63,112 nt of DNA from an uncultured Clostridia bacterium (GTDB lineage Bacteria > Bacillota > Clostridia > Oscillospirales > Acutalibacteraceae). The stretch covers positions 1-63,112 of the forward strand of contig CALBQZ010000164.1 in the NCBI GenBank assembly GCA_937899735.1, in the 5' to 3' direction. Below, one piece after another: positions 37,282 to 47,074 of this stretch (positions are counted from its first letter, which is position 1; every line of letters starts with the position of its first letter). The translations under genes and the position numbers were made by a program. The notes under the pieces are model-generated. The model had not been told where the DNA came from, did not search any database, and saw only the letters and a list, made by a program, of their open reading frames with translations.

Positions 37282-37656
37282 TTATTTACAGCAACTACCC
37301 TTTAAAAGAGTAGGGATATCGCCACTATAAACACCATCGTTATTTTCAAATCCAAGATGTAATAAAACATCCGATATATCATCAATTTTACAATATGCCA
37401 TATAGGCATTTCTGTTTGCACAATAGTTCAATGCTGAACGCAAAAAGCCTTCTACTAACAATTTATCAGCATAATCACACTCAACAGATTCAATGTAACA
37501 TTTATATCCTGCAATGGACATAAGACATGTACCTACATCGTTTCCGTCCTCGTCATTTCCAACATATGCTCCGTAAACGAAATCAGGTTTAAACTCACAA
37601 TGTGCAAACTTATTTTTTATGATGTCAATATCTTTTATAGGCTTATAAAATACCAT
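37282..37656 (-). CDS. hypothetical Cys-rich protein (124 aa)
   Basis: The ORF starts in TAATG, overlapping the rluB stop by 1 nt. It has 8 Cys including a C-terminal SCCK. I recognise no family, though there is a weak GNAT-half-like segment (LLVEGFLRSALNYCANRNAY). Confidence 0.4.
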   Translation of the reverse strand: MVFYKPIKDIDIIKNKFAHCEFKPDFVYGAYVGNDEDGNDVGTCLMSIAGYKCYIESVECDYADKLLVEGFLRSALNYCANRNAYMAYCKIDDISDVLLHLGFENNDGVYSGDIPTLLKGSCCK

Positions 37657-38402
37657 TATTTCAAACTCTTTCTATCAAGGGCTGCAGCAACAGCAAGCTT
37701 ATGCACTTCTTCGTCAGTTAGATTTCGCCAGTCGCCTTGTTTGAGCATACCAAGCTTTACTGAACCAATCTGTGTACGTTTAAGTCTTGCAACCTCAAGC
37801 CCTAAAGCATCACACATCTTACGAATCTGTCTGTTACGACCTTCGTAAATGATGATTTCAAGTACAACTCGACCTTCTTTTTTCTCGATAACACGAACCT
37901 CCGAAGGCATTGTCATTCTACCATCGATTTCAATACCTGTTGTAAGTGCAGTAATCTGCTCGTCTGTAATTGTTGGTCTTACTGTAACACGATATGTTTT
38001 AGGAACATGATGTGTTGGATGCGTCAAAGCATTTGCAAATTCACCGTCGTCTGTAAGCAACAATAAGCCTTCGGAATCACGGTCCAGTCTTCCAACAGGA
38101 TAAACGCGAGTACCAACATCTTCAACTAACTGAGCAACACATTTTCTGCCCATCTCATCACTAAGAGTTGTGATGAAACCACGTGGTTTGTGAAGCATAA
38201 TATACGTGTTTTTCTTACTCTTTCTAATCTTTTTACCTGCCACAACAACAGTATCGTGTTTAGGACTTACTTTGTCACCGATTGAAGCCGGTTTTCCATT
38301 AACTTTTACTTTACCCGCTGCAATCAACTCTTCAGCTTTTCGTCTTGATGCAACACCACACTCGGACAAATATTTCTGAAGTCTGATAGTATTATCTGCC
38401 AT
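37656..38402 (-). CDS. rluB: 23S rRNA pseudouridine synthase (RluB/RsuA family) with S4 domain
   Basis: S4 motif RLQKYLSECGVASRR, catalytic GRLDRDSEGLLLLT. Confidence 0.9.
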   Translation of the reverse strand: MADNTIRLQKYLSECGVASRRKAEELIAAGKVKVNGKPASIGDKVSPKHDTVVVAGKKIRKSKKNTYIMLHKPRGFITTLSDEMGRKCVAQLVEDVGTRVYPVGRLDRDSEGLLLLTDDGEFANALTHPTHHVPKTYRVTVRPTITDEQITALTTGIEIDGRMTMPSEVRVIEKKEGRVVLEIIIYEGRNRQIRKMCDALGLEVARLKRTQIGSVKLGMLKQGDWRNLTDEEVHKLAVAAALDRKSLK

Positions 38403-38443
38403 AGTTTCTCCTATTTATTGTATAAAATAACACACAAAATCAC

Positions 38444-38467
38444 CGTCGAGAGGAAACCCTCTCAACG
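38444..38467 (-). terminator. stem-loop between ytfJ and rluB (possible weak terminator or processing site)
   Basis: CGTCGAGAGG (38444..38453) pairs with CCTCTCAACG (38458..38467), with one mismatch. The U-run is not adjacent on the minus strand. Confidence 0.35.
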
Positions 38468-38490
38468 CTGATTTTTTAGAATATGTTTGT

Positions 38491-38943
38491 TTATGCATTT
38501 TCTTCTGCAGAAACAGGAACAACTTCGTCATTAACGCTGTTTACTGCTGCATTAAAAGCTTTTTCCATTTTTGACTTATTGATAACATTAGAAACCTTGT
38601 CAAACATTTCAGGAACAAGGCTAACTGCACGTTCTGCAACATTATCAAAAGCTGTGATGTGTTTGATATCAACATTACCATATGCATCAATAACTAAGAA
38701 TGCAACTGGAAGAATTGTAACACCAGCTCCACCGCCGCCGCCGAAAATATCTTTATTGTTCTTTGATGGGAAGTCTGAACCACCTGAAGCAAAACCATAA
38801 GTAACCTTTGAAACCGGAATAATTGTAACTCCACCCTCAACCTTGATTGGCTCGCCAATAATTGTACTTACATTAACTAAGTCCTTTACTTTTTCTATTG
38901 TTGATTCAAGAATTCCTGCTGCTGATGATTTATCTTTCATCAT
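38491..38943 (-). CDS. ytfJ: sporulation protein YtfJ (GerW family)
   Basis: TIIPVSKVTYGFASGGSDF..GGGGGAGVTILPVAFLVI. ATG at 38943 preferred because AGGTGG lies 5 nt upstream. Confidence 0.8.
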   Translation of the reverse strand: MMKDKSSAAGILESTIEKVKDLVNVSTIIGEPIKVEGGVTIIPVSKVTYGFASGGSDFPSKNNKDIFGGGGGAGVTILPVAFLVIDAYGNVDIKHITAFDNVAERAVSLVPEMFDKVSNVINKSKMEKAFNAAVNSVNDEVVPVSAEENA

Positions 38944-39649
38944 TTGCACCACCTTCATTTTGATTTATATTTTTATTTGATTTATTTTTAATTCCTTTAA
39001 GGAATTTTAATACAACTTTAAAGAGAAGTCTGAACACTAAAACAATAACAGCGTTCAAGAAGAAAATAGGTCTGATATGTATTGAAAGTGCAAATTCAGC
39101 ACTGTTTTTTAGTCCAATAAAATCAGGTTCAATTTCACAATCATATTTTTTTACAGGTAATTGAGTACAGATATATGATAATGCAGGGAAAATCTTCTGA
39201 CACATTCTACCATACTCCAATGCAGTCTCTGCTGCATCACAACTGCCTGTAATTGTCATAAACAAATACAACTCACGGATAACGATATGCTTTTTAAATG
39301 AACTAAACATCTTACCTAACGAAGATACAGCATCGTTGATTAACTGTAAAACTCCGTCAAAACCTTGGTTATTATAAAAAGTTACGAAAATATTTTCTTT
39401 CTTTTCATTAGGTGTTTCTTCTGACTCAAGCTTTGGTTCACTTTTTTCTTCTTTTGGTTTCTTTTCTTTTTTAGGTTTTTCCTTTTTAGGTTTATCGCTC
39501 TTTTTTGCAGGAAGAATAGGAATCTTAATAAACAGCCATGAAACAGATAGTTTAAACTCATCAAAATACTCTGCATTCACAGTAATTCTTACACTGAGAA
39601 TCAAAACAAAAAATGCTATAATTCCCAAAAAGATATACAATCCTGTCAT
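38930..39649 (-). CDS. ytfI: DUF2953 (YtfI-like) sporulation membrane protein
   Basis: N-terminal TM helix and a K/E-rich linker. Sits upstream of ytfJ as in B. subtilis ytfIJ. Confidence 0.55.
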   Translation of the reverse strand: MTGLYIFLGIIAFFVLILSVRITVNAEYFDEFKLSVSWLFIKIPILPAKKSDKPKKEKPKKEKKPKEEKSEPKLESEETPNEKKENIFVTFYNNQGFDGVLQLINDAVSSLGKMFSSFKKHIVIRELYLFMTITGSCDAAETALEYGRMCQKIFPALSYICTQLPVKKYDCEIEPDFIGLKNSAEFALSIHIRPIFFLNAVIVLVFRLLFKVVLKFLKGIKNKSNKNINQNEGGANDER

Positions 39650-39682
39650 GAAAACACCTCCTCATTTATTAATAAACAATAT

Positions 39683-40258
39683 TTATTCGTTTTTTTCACC
39701 GACTGACTCTTCACTAACTACTTCTGACTCTTCGGGAAGTTTTTCAGGAAGCTCAGGCAACTCATCAAGAGAAGAAATTGAAAAACATCGAAGAAAATCA
39801 GGTGTTGTACCATAAACAAGGGGTCTGCCAGGCAAATCAAGTCTGCCCTTTTCCTCTATCAATTTTTTCTGACAGAGTGTAGCAATGACACCACTACAAT
39901 CAACACCACGAATCTGCTCAATAAATGATTTTGTAACAGGCTGGTTATATGCAATAACTGCCAAAACCTCAAAAGCTGCAGATGAAAGAGGTGTGTTCTT
40001 ACGAAGTTCTAAAACATCTCTAATAATTTCAGCATATTCTATTCTTGAGGACAACTGATACATATTATCAAGTTTAAGCACACAAATACCACTGTTTCTC
40101 TCATCAAGTTTAGCGGATAAGTTTAAAATAATCTGTTCACAGACATCGGGTTCAATTTCAAGAGCTTCTGCGATTCTTTCAAGTTCAATGGGCTCGCCTG
40201 ATGCAAAAAGTATTGCTTCAACAGCAGCCTGTAATTTACTTGCTTTCATCAATTCCAC
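39683..40258 (-). CDS. scpB: segregation and condensation protein B
   Basis: EAILFASGEPI, AYNQPVTKSFIEQIRGV. Confidence 0.9.
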   Translation of the reverse strand: MELMKASKLQAAVEAILFASGEPIELERIAEALEIEPDVCEQIILNLSAKLDERNSGICVLKLDNMYQLSSRIEYAEIIRDVLELRKNTPLSSAAFEVLAVIAYNQPVTKSFIEQIRGVDCSGVIATLCQKKLIEEKGRLDLPGRPLVYGTTPDFLRCFSISSLDELPELPEKLPEESEVVSEESVGEKNE

Positions 40259-40986
40259 TCCTCACTAACATCTGTAAAATCTGAATCTATCAATTCAACC
40301 TGTGTTTCGTCACCATCACCCGTAACTTTAACTTTTTTTGATTTTGTAAGTTCAAGTACGGCTAAAAATGTGGCAACTATATCTGAACGTGACTCTGCAT
40401 CATCAAAAAGTGATTTCCAACGGGTCTTCTTACCCTTTTGAGATAATTTCTTAAAAATTCCTGATATCTTTGAACTGACAGACACAACTTTCTTAACAAC
40501 AATTTCACGGAAAGCCTCAATCGGTGGAGGCAAAAGTCTCATTTTCTTTCCTGTTGCTGAAACATAAGCACTGAAAAGCTCATCAGGCTCATGAAATCTT
40601 CGATATGTCTGGTCAACCTCAATTTTTTCGGCACCTCTGATAAATGTTGAAAAACCTTCTGTATTTTCCGCGAGTTTTTCTGCCATCAACTTCATATCAC
40701 GATATTCAATCAATTCACCCTGAAGTTCTTGTTTTAACTCCTCTGCTTCTGTATATACAGGAAGCAAAGACACTGACTTTAGATAAACCAATCTGGCAGC
40801 CATCTCCAAAAACTCAGATGCAACATACATATCCTCTTCCTGCATCTGACGGACATACTCAACATATTGTTCCACCAAAGTCACAATTGGGATATCATAT
40901 ATATTCAATTTGTGTTTTGAAATAAGATGCAAAAGCAAGTCCATCGGACCTTCAAAAACATCTATTTTATATGAAATCTTTTCCAT
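40249..40986 (-). CDS. scpA: segregation and condensation protein A
   Basis: FEGPMDLLLHLISKHKLNIYDIPI. Confidence 0.9.
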   Translation of the reverse strand: MEKISYKIDVFEGPMDLLLHLISKHKLNIYDIPIVTLVEQYVEYVRQMQEEDMYVASEFLEMAARLVYLKSVSLLPVYTEAEELKQELQGELIEYRDMKLMAEKLAENTEGFSTFIRGAEKIEVDQTYRRFHEPDELFSAYVSATGKKMRLLPPPIEAFREIVVKKVVSVSSKISGIFKKLSQKGKKTRWKSLFDDAESRSDIVATFLAVLELTKSKKVKVTGDGDETQVELIDSDFTDVSEEWN

Positions 40987-41007
40987 AAACTATCCTTTTA
41001 TATAAAG

Positions 41008-41685
41008 CTAAAAAACCAAACTGGAAATATTAGAAAATAAGCCTATAAACAAATTTGAAATATATGAGAGAGGTCCTGAAAGTATACCACTTAAAATCAA
41101 AACGAAGACCACAAGCACAATGTATCTTTCATACTGCATAAATTTGAAATAATACTTTGCAGGAATCAACAACTGGAGAATTCTTGAACCATCCAATGGT
41201 GGAATTGGTAAAAGGTTAAATACTGCAAGATTCACATTAACAACACCTGCAAAATACAAGAAGTAATATATTGCATAAGTCAAAAGTGAAAGGTTACTAC
41301 TAAAAATTTTACCAATCAAAGTAGTTAAGAGTATGCAGATAAATCCCATTAACAAGTTTGAAACAGGACCTGCAATTGCAGTTAAAGCCATTCCCTTCTT
41401 AGGGTCTTTAAAGTTTCTTGGATTAACGTTAACTGGTTTCGCATATCCAAAGCCACACAAGAAAATCATAATAGCACCCAAAGGAGAAATATGAGCCATT
41501 GGGTTTAAAGTTAATCTTCCTGAATATCTCGGTGTATTATCCCCAAGCTTTGTTGCAATCAACGCATGTGCATATTCGTGAATAGGCATAGTACAAAAAA
41601 TTACAAAAAGTCTTGAAAAGAAAGTAATAATGAGTTCAAGAGGTTCTCCACCTCTCAACAAATCTAAAATCATATAATCGTCCAA
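41008..41685 (-). CDS. site-2 protease family (M50) membrane metalloprotease
   Basis: HEYAHAL (HExxH), NLLPIPPLDG. Confidence 0.8.
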   Translation of the reverse strand: MDDYMILDLLRGGEPLELIITFFSRLFVIFCTMPIHEYAHALIATKLGDNTPRYSGRLTLNPMAHISPLGAIMIFLCGFGYAKPVNVNPRNFKDPKKGMALTAIAGPVSNLLMGFICILLTTLIGKIFSSNLSLLTYAIYYFLYFAGVVNVNLAVFNLLPIPPLDGSRILQLLIPAKYYFKFMQYERYIVLVVFVLILSGILSGPLSYISNLFIGLFSNISSLVF

Positions 41686-41703
41686 TCTTTCTTTAAAGTA
41701 ATA

Positions 41704-42534
41704 TTATATTCTAAACGTTACAATTCTGTCAATATTATTGAAATCAAAAATAACATTATTCTCTGTATATTTGCCATTAAAAATTCCAACAACAGCAGCA
41801 CTTTGATTATCGCCACATTCAAAAACCATAAAGCCACTATTTTTAACCTTTGAAGTCCACTTATCAGCGAGACAGCGATAAAAATCAAGTCCATCATTTC
41901 CACCATCCAACGCAGAAATTGGCTCTGACAATACTTCTTTTTGAAGTTCGTCAATTTCTTTGGTAGGGATATACGGTGGATTAGATAAAATCATATCTGC
42001 CAAAGGAAGTTTTAATAAATCCATTGTAAATAAATCATCATTAATCAACCGGACATTATCAAGTGCAAGATTATCTGCATTCTTTTTAAGATATTCAAAT
42101 GCATTTTTTTCCTTCTCCAGTAAATATACAGTTGCATCAGGTATATGTTTAGCAATAGTCAACCCGATACATCCAGTGCCTGCACACAAATCGAAAACCA
42201 CAGGATTTTTTATATCATTCAGTTTATCAAGTGCAAAATCAACAAGAATCTCTGTTTCCGGTCGTGGAATCAAAACACCCTTGCCAACAAAAAATGTCAA
42301 ATCATAGAAGTCCCAAGTACCTAAAATGTATTGTAATGGCTCCCCTGATTTTCGTCTTTTAACAACGTTATTAACAAGCGAAATGTCATCTTCAGACACA
42401 GGTGAATTGCTACTTAAAATTTTGCTTCTGTCAACCTTAAGTAAATCTTCAAAAACACACTGACTTTCAAAGTCACCACATTCGCCAAAGGATAACTCAT
42501 TACTGCAATACTCAAATAACTCTTTTAATGTCAT
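41704..42534 (-). CDS. prmC: release factor N5-glutamine methyltransferase
   Basis: DLCAGTGCIG SAM motif, NPPY catalytic motif. Confidence 0.9.
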   Translation of the reverse strand: MTLKELFEYCSNELSFGECGDFESQCVFEDLLKVDRSKILSSNSPVSEDDISLVNNVVKRRKSGEPLQYILGTWDFYDLTFFVGKGVLIPRPETEILVDFALDKLNDIKNPVVFDLCAGTGCIGLTIAKHIPDATVYLLEKEKNAFEYLKKNADNLALDNVRLINDDLFTMDLLKLPLADMILSNPPYIPTKEIDELQKEVLSEPISALDGGNDGLDFYRCLADKWTSKVKNSGFMVFECGDNQSAAVVGIFNGKYTENNVIFDFNNIDRIVTFRI

Positions 42535-43511
42535 TTAATCATATCATCCTCTGGATTATCTGTGATAACAGCTTTCATTGCTTCTATAGCAACTTCAATT
42601 ATATCGTCAGTTGGTTCAACAGTTGTAATTTTTTGCATTAAAAGTCCAGGGTAAGAAAGAATCTTTACAATAAAGTTATCATGCTTTCCTGCAAATTTAA
42701 TAAATTCATATCCTAATCCCATTATGAGTGGTAAAATTGCAAGTTTGATAAGCATCCACAACAATTTATTGATAGTTGCCAAAGCTGGGAAAACAAGAAC
42801 AAGAGAGAATGAAACTATCATACTCAATATAAGCATAACAAACATAAATGCCGTTCCACATCTTGGATGCAAGCGTGACATTTTCTTTACGTTTTCAACA
42901 GTCAAATCAAGACCATTTTCATAACAGAAAATTGTTTTATGTTCAGCACCATGATACATAAACACTCTTCTTATCATGGACATTCTTGACACCGCTACCA
43001 TATAAAGAATGAAAATAATAATTCTCAATATTCCCTCAAACAAAGAATGATATTTTGAAATATCAGCAGATGTCAGAATATAATTGTCAAACAAATCAAC
43101 AACCTCAATAGGGAGATAAAGGAAAATAAGCATTGCAAACACAACACCGATAACAGATGCAATTGTTGTAATTACAGCTGTCATCTTTTCGCTTAAATGC
43201 TCGGAAAGCCATTTATCGAGTTTGGACATATCCTCTTCCTTTTCCTCTTCGGTTAAAGCTTTATCCGCTGACTTCATAAGATATTTATACCCGGTTATCA
43301 TAGAGTCTGCAAAACCAACTACACCACGGACAATGGGAAGTCCTAAAATCTTATTCTTCTTTGCCATTGGTACATGTGCTTCAATTACCGTATCAATTGT
43401 ACCGTCAGGAAGTCTTACAGACATTGCGTCCCCTTTAGGACCTCTCATCATTATTCCCTCAATAAGTGCCTGTCCACCTATTGATGTTTTATGTTGCTTA
43501 TTATTACTCAA
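42531..43511 (-). CDS. DUF1385 (YqhQ-like) membrane protein
   Basis: IGGQALIEGIMMRGP, GAEHK. 4-nt overlap with prmC. Confidence 0.8.
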   Translation of the reverse strand: MSNNKQHKTSIGGQALIEGIMMRGPKGDAMSVRLPDGTIDTVIEAHVPMAKKNKILGLPIVRGVVGFADSMITGYKYLMKSADKALTEEEKEEDMSKLDKWLSEHLSEKMTAVITTIASVIGVVFAMLIFLYLPIEVVDLFDNYILTSADISKYHSLFEGILRIIIFILYMVAVSRMSMIRRVFMYHGAEHKTIFCYENGLDLTVENVKKMSRLHPRCGTAFMFVMLILSMIVSFSLVLVFPALATINKLLWMLIKLAILPLIMGLGYEFIKFAGKHDNFIVKILSYPGLLMQKITTVEPTDDIIEVAIEAMKAVITDNPEDDMIK

Positions 43512-43524
43512 AACACTTTACTCC

Positions 43525-44925
43525 TTATCTTCTTGGCAATGAAATTCTTACTGTTGTTCCCTTATCCAGTTCACTATCTATCTGCAAGTTACCATTATGT
43601 AATTTAATAATTTCATCTGTAACTGCAAGTCCGATTCCACTACCACGAACACTATTATTTGCTTTATAAAACTTTTCTCTGACTCTCGGCAAGTCATTTT
43701 TAGAAATTCCACAGCCGTTATCTGAGATAGTAATTATTACATTTTTGCTATCAGCTTTTAATGAAACCTTAACTGTTCCACCTTTTTTGTTATATTTAAA
43801 GCTATTATCTATAATATTAACGAATGACTGTTTCAGTCTGTTTTTATCACCATAAATTATTATAGCATTTTTAGGAATATCTGTTTCCAATGCTATGCTT
43901 TCTCTTTCAGAACGACTTCCAAAAACCTCAAGAACTTCCGAAAGTTCCTTAACAACATCCATCTGTGATGTTTTAAGAGTCAATTTTCCACTTTCCATAC
44001 GAGAGAAATCCAATAGTTCCTCAACCATATCGGTAAGACGTTCTGACTCATTTACAATAACATCAAGGCCTTTGTTTAAAAGAACATCATCATTCTGTGT
44101 TTCCTTTATTGTTTCACCCCAACCTTTAATTGCTGTCAATGGTGTACGTAGCTCATGGGAAACTGTTGAAATAAACTCGTTCTTGATTCTTTCTGCCTCA
44201 CCTATTTCAAATGCCATATTATTTATGGTTTCACACAACTGACCGATTTCATCATCGTATTTATGTTTTTCTATGGAAACATTAAAATCACCCTTGGCAA
44301 TTCGTGAAGCTGTTTCATTAATCTTTCTTACGGGATTGATAATAGAATTTATAAAGAACACGCCCGAAGTAACAACAACAGATATAATCAAAATCATTAT
44401 AATTGAAATTATTACCCAGATAATAGCAAGCTGACGGTCAATATCATCAAGTGAAATTATATACCTTATGGCACCTGAAATGGATTCTTCACCATCGGAC
44501 AGAATATATGAAAGAGTCATTACCTTTTCCCCATTCTGCATTTTACCAATCCATTCAGCCTTACCGTCGGGAGCACTTTTTGCATATTCAAAGTCAGGAT
44601 ACACTTCGTTACTTACTGAAAAGCCTGTGGAGGAAACAACAACATCTCCGTTTTTATCAATAACCCAGACTTCCATAACATTCTTGTCCGTAAAATTATC
44701 AACAAAACGTTTTGCCATTCTGTTGAAGGTTTCATCATTGACAGGTGTTGCCGAATTAAAATATGACATTATAAGGGATGTTGCACGTGAATTCAATGTC
44801 ATTCTTACGTTATTATAGTACTGATTTTTCAGCAGAATTCCTGCCATAACCCCAACAACAAGGATAACTGAAACTGTACTTGCTAAAACTGACACAACCC
44901 AACGTTTAACAATACTATTTTTCAT
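43525..44925 (-). CDS. sensor histidine kinase (2 TM, about 135-aa extracytoplasmic domain, HAMP, DHp/CA; no cytoplasmic PAS)
   Basis: FISTVSHELRTPLTAIKGW H-box. N, G1 and G2 boxes (DNSFKYN, DNGCGI, GSGIGL). Confidence 0.85.
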   Translation of the reverse strand: MKNSIVKRWVVSVLASTVSVILVVGVMAGILLKNQYYNNVRMTLNSRATSLIMSYFNSATPVNDETFNRMAKRFVDNFTDKNVMEVWVIDKNGDVVVSSTGFSVSNEVYPDFEYAKSAPDGKAEWIGKMQNGEKVMTLSYILSDGEESISGAIRYIISLDDIDRQLAIIWVIISIIMILIISVVVTSGVFFINSIINPVRKINETASRIAKGDFNVSIEKHKYDDEIGQLCETINNMAFEIGEAERIKNEFISTVSHELRTPLTAIKGWGETIKETQNDDVLLNKGLDVIVNESERLTDMVEELLDFSRMESGKLTLKTSQMDVVKELSEVLEVFGSRSERESIALETDIPKNAIIIYGDKNRLKQSFVNIIDNSFKYNKKGGTVKVSLKADSKNVIITISDNGCGISKNDLPRVREKFYKANNSVRGSGIGLAVTDEIIKLHNGNLQIDSELDKGTTVRISLPRR

Positions 44926-44951
44926 TGAGTCACATCACCTACCTTAAAGAA

Positions 44952-45656
44952 TTAAACAATCCACTTATATCCCATACCCCAGACAGTTGTAAGATGTTTG
45001 GGTTGTGATGGTTCTTCTTCAACTTTATTTCGTAATCGATGAATATTAACATCAACTACTTTTTCGTCACCAAAGTATGAGTCACCCCATACAAATTTTA
45101 AAATATCGCTTCTATCCAATGCAACATTGGGATTAGTGAAGAAATATTCGATAATCTGAAATTCCATTTGTGTTAAATCAATGTTTTCACCATTTTTTGT
45201 TAACGTATGGCTTCTTAAATCAAGAACAAACTCACCGAGAGCAATAATATTATCGCTATTCTTTTCAACGTCACTTTCCACTGTTAATGAAACACGTCTG
45301 TAAACAGCATCTATTCTTGCCATAAGCTCTGACGGAGAGAATGGTTTAGTAACATAGTCATCAGCACCAACCATAAGACCAGTAACTTTATCCATCTCCT
45401 GTGTTCTTGCCGTCAGCATAATAATTCCTATACGCTTACTCTTATCACGAATGTATTTACACACCTCGAGACCATCTACATACGGCATCATTATATCAAG
45501 AATAACAATATCGATTTTATCACTGTTTTCATCATATTTTTTTATTGCATCTTCACCATTTACAGCTTCAATAACTTCATAGCCATTACGTCGAAGATTA
45601 ATTACCACAAAGTCTCTGATAGATGATTCATCTTCAGCAATGAGTACATACTTCAT
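44952..45656 (-). CDS. OmpR-family response regulator
   Basis: Receiver domain (EDE..DIVILDIMMP..KPF) and winged-helix output (LTQMEFQIIEYF..VWGMGYKW). Confidence 0.9.
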   Translation of the reverse strand: MKYVLIAEDESSIRDFVVINLRRNGYEVIEAVNGEDAIKKYDENSDKIDIVILDIMMPYVDGLEVCKYIRDKSKRIGIIMLTARTQEMDKVTGLMVGADDYVTKPFSPSELMARIDAVYRRVSLTVESDVEKNSDNIIALGEFVLDLRSHTLTKNGENIDLTQMEFQIIEYFFTNPNVALDRSDILKFVWGDSYFGDEKVVDVNIHRLRNKVEEEPSQPKHLTTVWGMGYKWIV

Positions 45657-45667
45657 ATGGTTTACTC

Positions 45668-47041
45668 CTAACTATATACACGGAAATTTTCTTTCAAATA
45701 ATCTTCAAAATCACTTTTCAAATCAGCATTATTAAACTTATATCCATATACATAAGCACTGGTTTCTACAAGTTTATAATATCCAACATCATCATTCTGC
45801 CATTCGGGATTTGAAAAAGCACGTAATGAGAAAATCTCCTCATCAAATTCTCCATCATCTTTTAAATAATAGAATGTAAGTGTTGAGTTATTATAGTCAT
45901 AGATTGCAGATATCATATTAATCCATGAATCATCTATAATCAACATATATTCATAAGAAGTGTTTACAACACATTTTTTATCTACTGAAATCTCCGAATT
46001 ATTCAATTCATTCCATACAGTAAGGTTAAGGGAACTGCGCTCACTTGTTCCTTTTTCGATTCTCACAGCACCAGGGAAAAGTTCCAATGTTGGGATTTCA
46101 ATTATATTATCACCATCAAAGTCCATAGAAAATAATCGTGTATCCCTTAATGTTCCCGGATTTTGTGACTGATTCATTTCATAAAGTGGTAATGACAATT
46201 CAAAATCATTATGTGAAACCTTAATGACTTCTGTTATAACTCCACGTTCACTAATTGCACCATCAATAAAAATGCGTGTAAACTCATTTTGATTTTCAAT
46301 AACGAAATCTGTTGCAATATTATATACTTCCAATAATCCGGTTAATGCAACAGATAGTTCACGAGCAACAGAGTAATCCTTATTGAAACTTAAAATTCTT
46401 CCTGTTGTTTTTTTCTCCTGTCCTGAAAAACTTAAATTAACAAAGAGAAAATCGTCAGAACCGTCCTTATTAAAATCGGAAACATAAATATTTGAATAAG
46501 ATTCTGTTTTCAATAAAGTGGTTGAAATACCATCAAAGCTATAAACTGATAAAACACGGTTACCTAAAACACCAAAATCAGTTGCACGGACAGATTCTAT
46601 ATTCTCATTAGATTTCCAACTTAGCAAAACTTCAGAAACACTATCTCCGTTTATATCAGCAAAATTAACCTCGTAAAAATCTTCGGTCTGTCCCTTAATT
46701 TTTGAAACAAAGTTCCATTCTTTGCCTACTTTTTTAAAAATACTGACACATGCCAAATTATCCTCAGACAAATCAGAGTAAAAAACGAAAGCTTCTTCTT
46801 GCCCGTCATTATTCATATCAAAAAACAAATATGAGGATGTGTACAAACCACTCAAAGGGTTTTTCATTACTATACCATCACTATTTGTAACAGACTGTTC
46901 AAAAGCCTGTTGAAGCAATCTGTTTTCACCACTAAGTTTTGGTGGACGCATCAAGCTCTCAAATGAGTTGATATTATAAATGGCAAACATAAGTGACAGA
47001 CATACAGCAACAGCAAGTATAACAACTATAACTTTTTTCAT
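45668..47041 (-). CDS. membrane-anchored extracytoplasmic protein with FG-GAP/VCBS-like Ca-binding repeats
   Basis: N-terminal hydrophobic anchor. Four DxNxDGxxE/D loops: DMNNDGQEE, DINGDSVSE, DFNKDGSDD and DFDGDNIIE. Confidence 0.5.
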   Translation of the reverse strand: MKKVIVVILAVAVCLSLMFAIYNINSFESLMRPPKLSGENRLLQQAFEQSVTNSDGIVMKNPLSGLYTSSYLFFDMNNDGQEEAFVFYSDLSEDNLACVSIFKKVGKEWNFVSKIKGQTEDFYEVNFADINGDSVSEVLLSWKSNENIESVRATDFGVLGNRVLSVYSFDGISTTLLKTESYSNIYVSDFNKDGSDDFLFVNLSFSGQEKKTTGRILSFNKDYSVARELSVALTGLLEVYNIATDFVIENQNEFTRIFIDGAISERGVITEVIKVSHNDFELSLPLYEMNQSQNPGTLRDTRLFSMDFDGDNIIEIPTLELFPGAVRIEKGTSERSSLNLTVWNELNNSEISVDKKCVVNTSYEYMLIIDDSWINMISAIYDYNNSTLTFYYLKDDGEFDEEIFSLRAFSNPEWQNDDVGYYKLVETSAYVYGYKFNNADLKSDFEDYLKENFRVYS

Positions 47042-47074
47042 TATCTGTCACCTCCGATTTCTTATAATATGAAT

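Noticed and set aside
38468-38477. A T6 run on the plus strand after the 38444..38467 hairpin, suggesting a plus-strand terminator.
   Set aside because: No plus-strand gene lies upstream for tens of kb. The hairpin is more sensibly a weak minus-strand terminator or processing site between ytfJ and rluB.
39382-39576. 64-aa K-rich alternative-frame ORF and AAG/AAA-rich repeats inside the DUF2953 gene.
   Set aside because: This is a low-complexity Lys/Glu linker region (KKEKPKKEKKPKEEK) of the annotated protein. The repeats are codon-level low complexity, not a repeat element.
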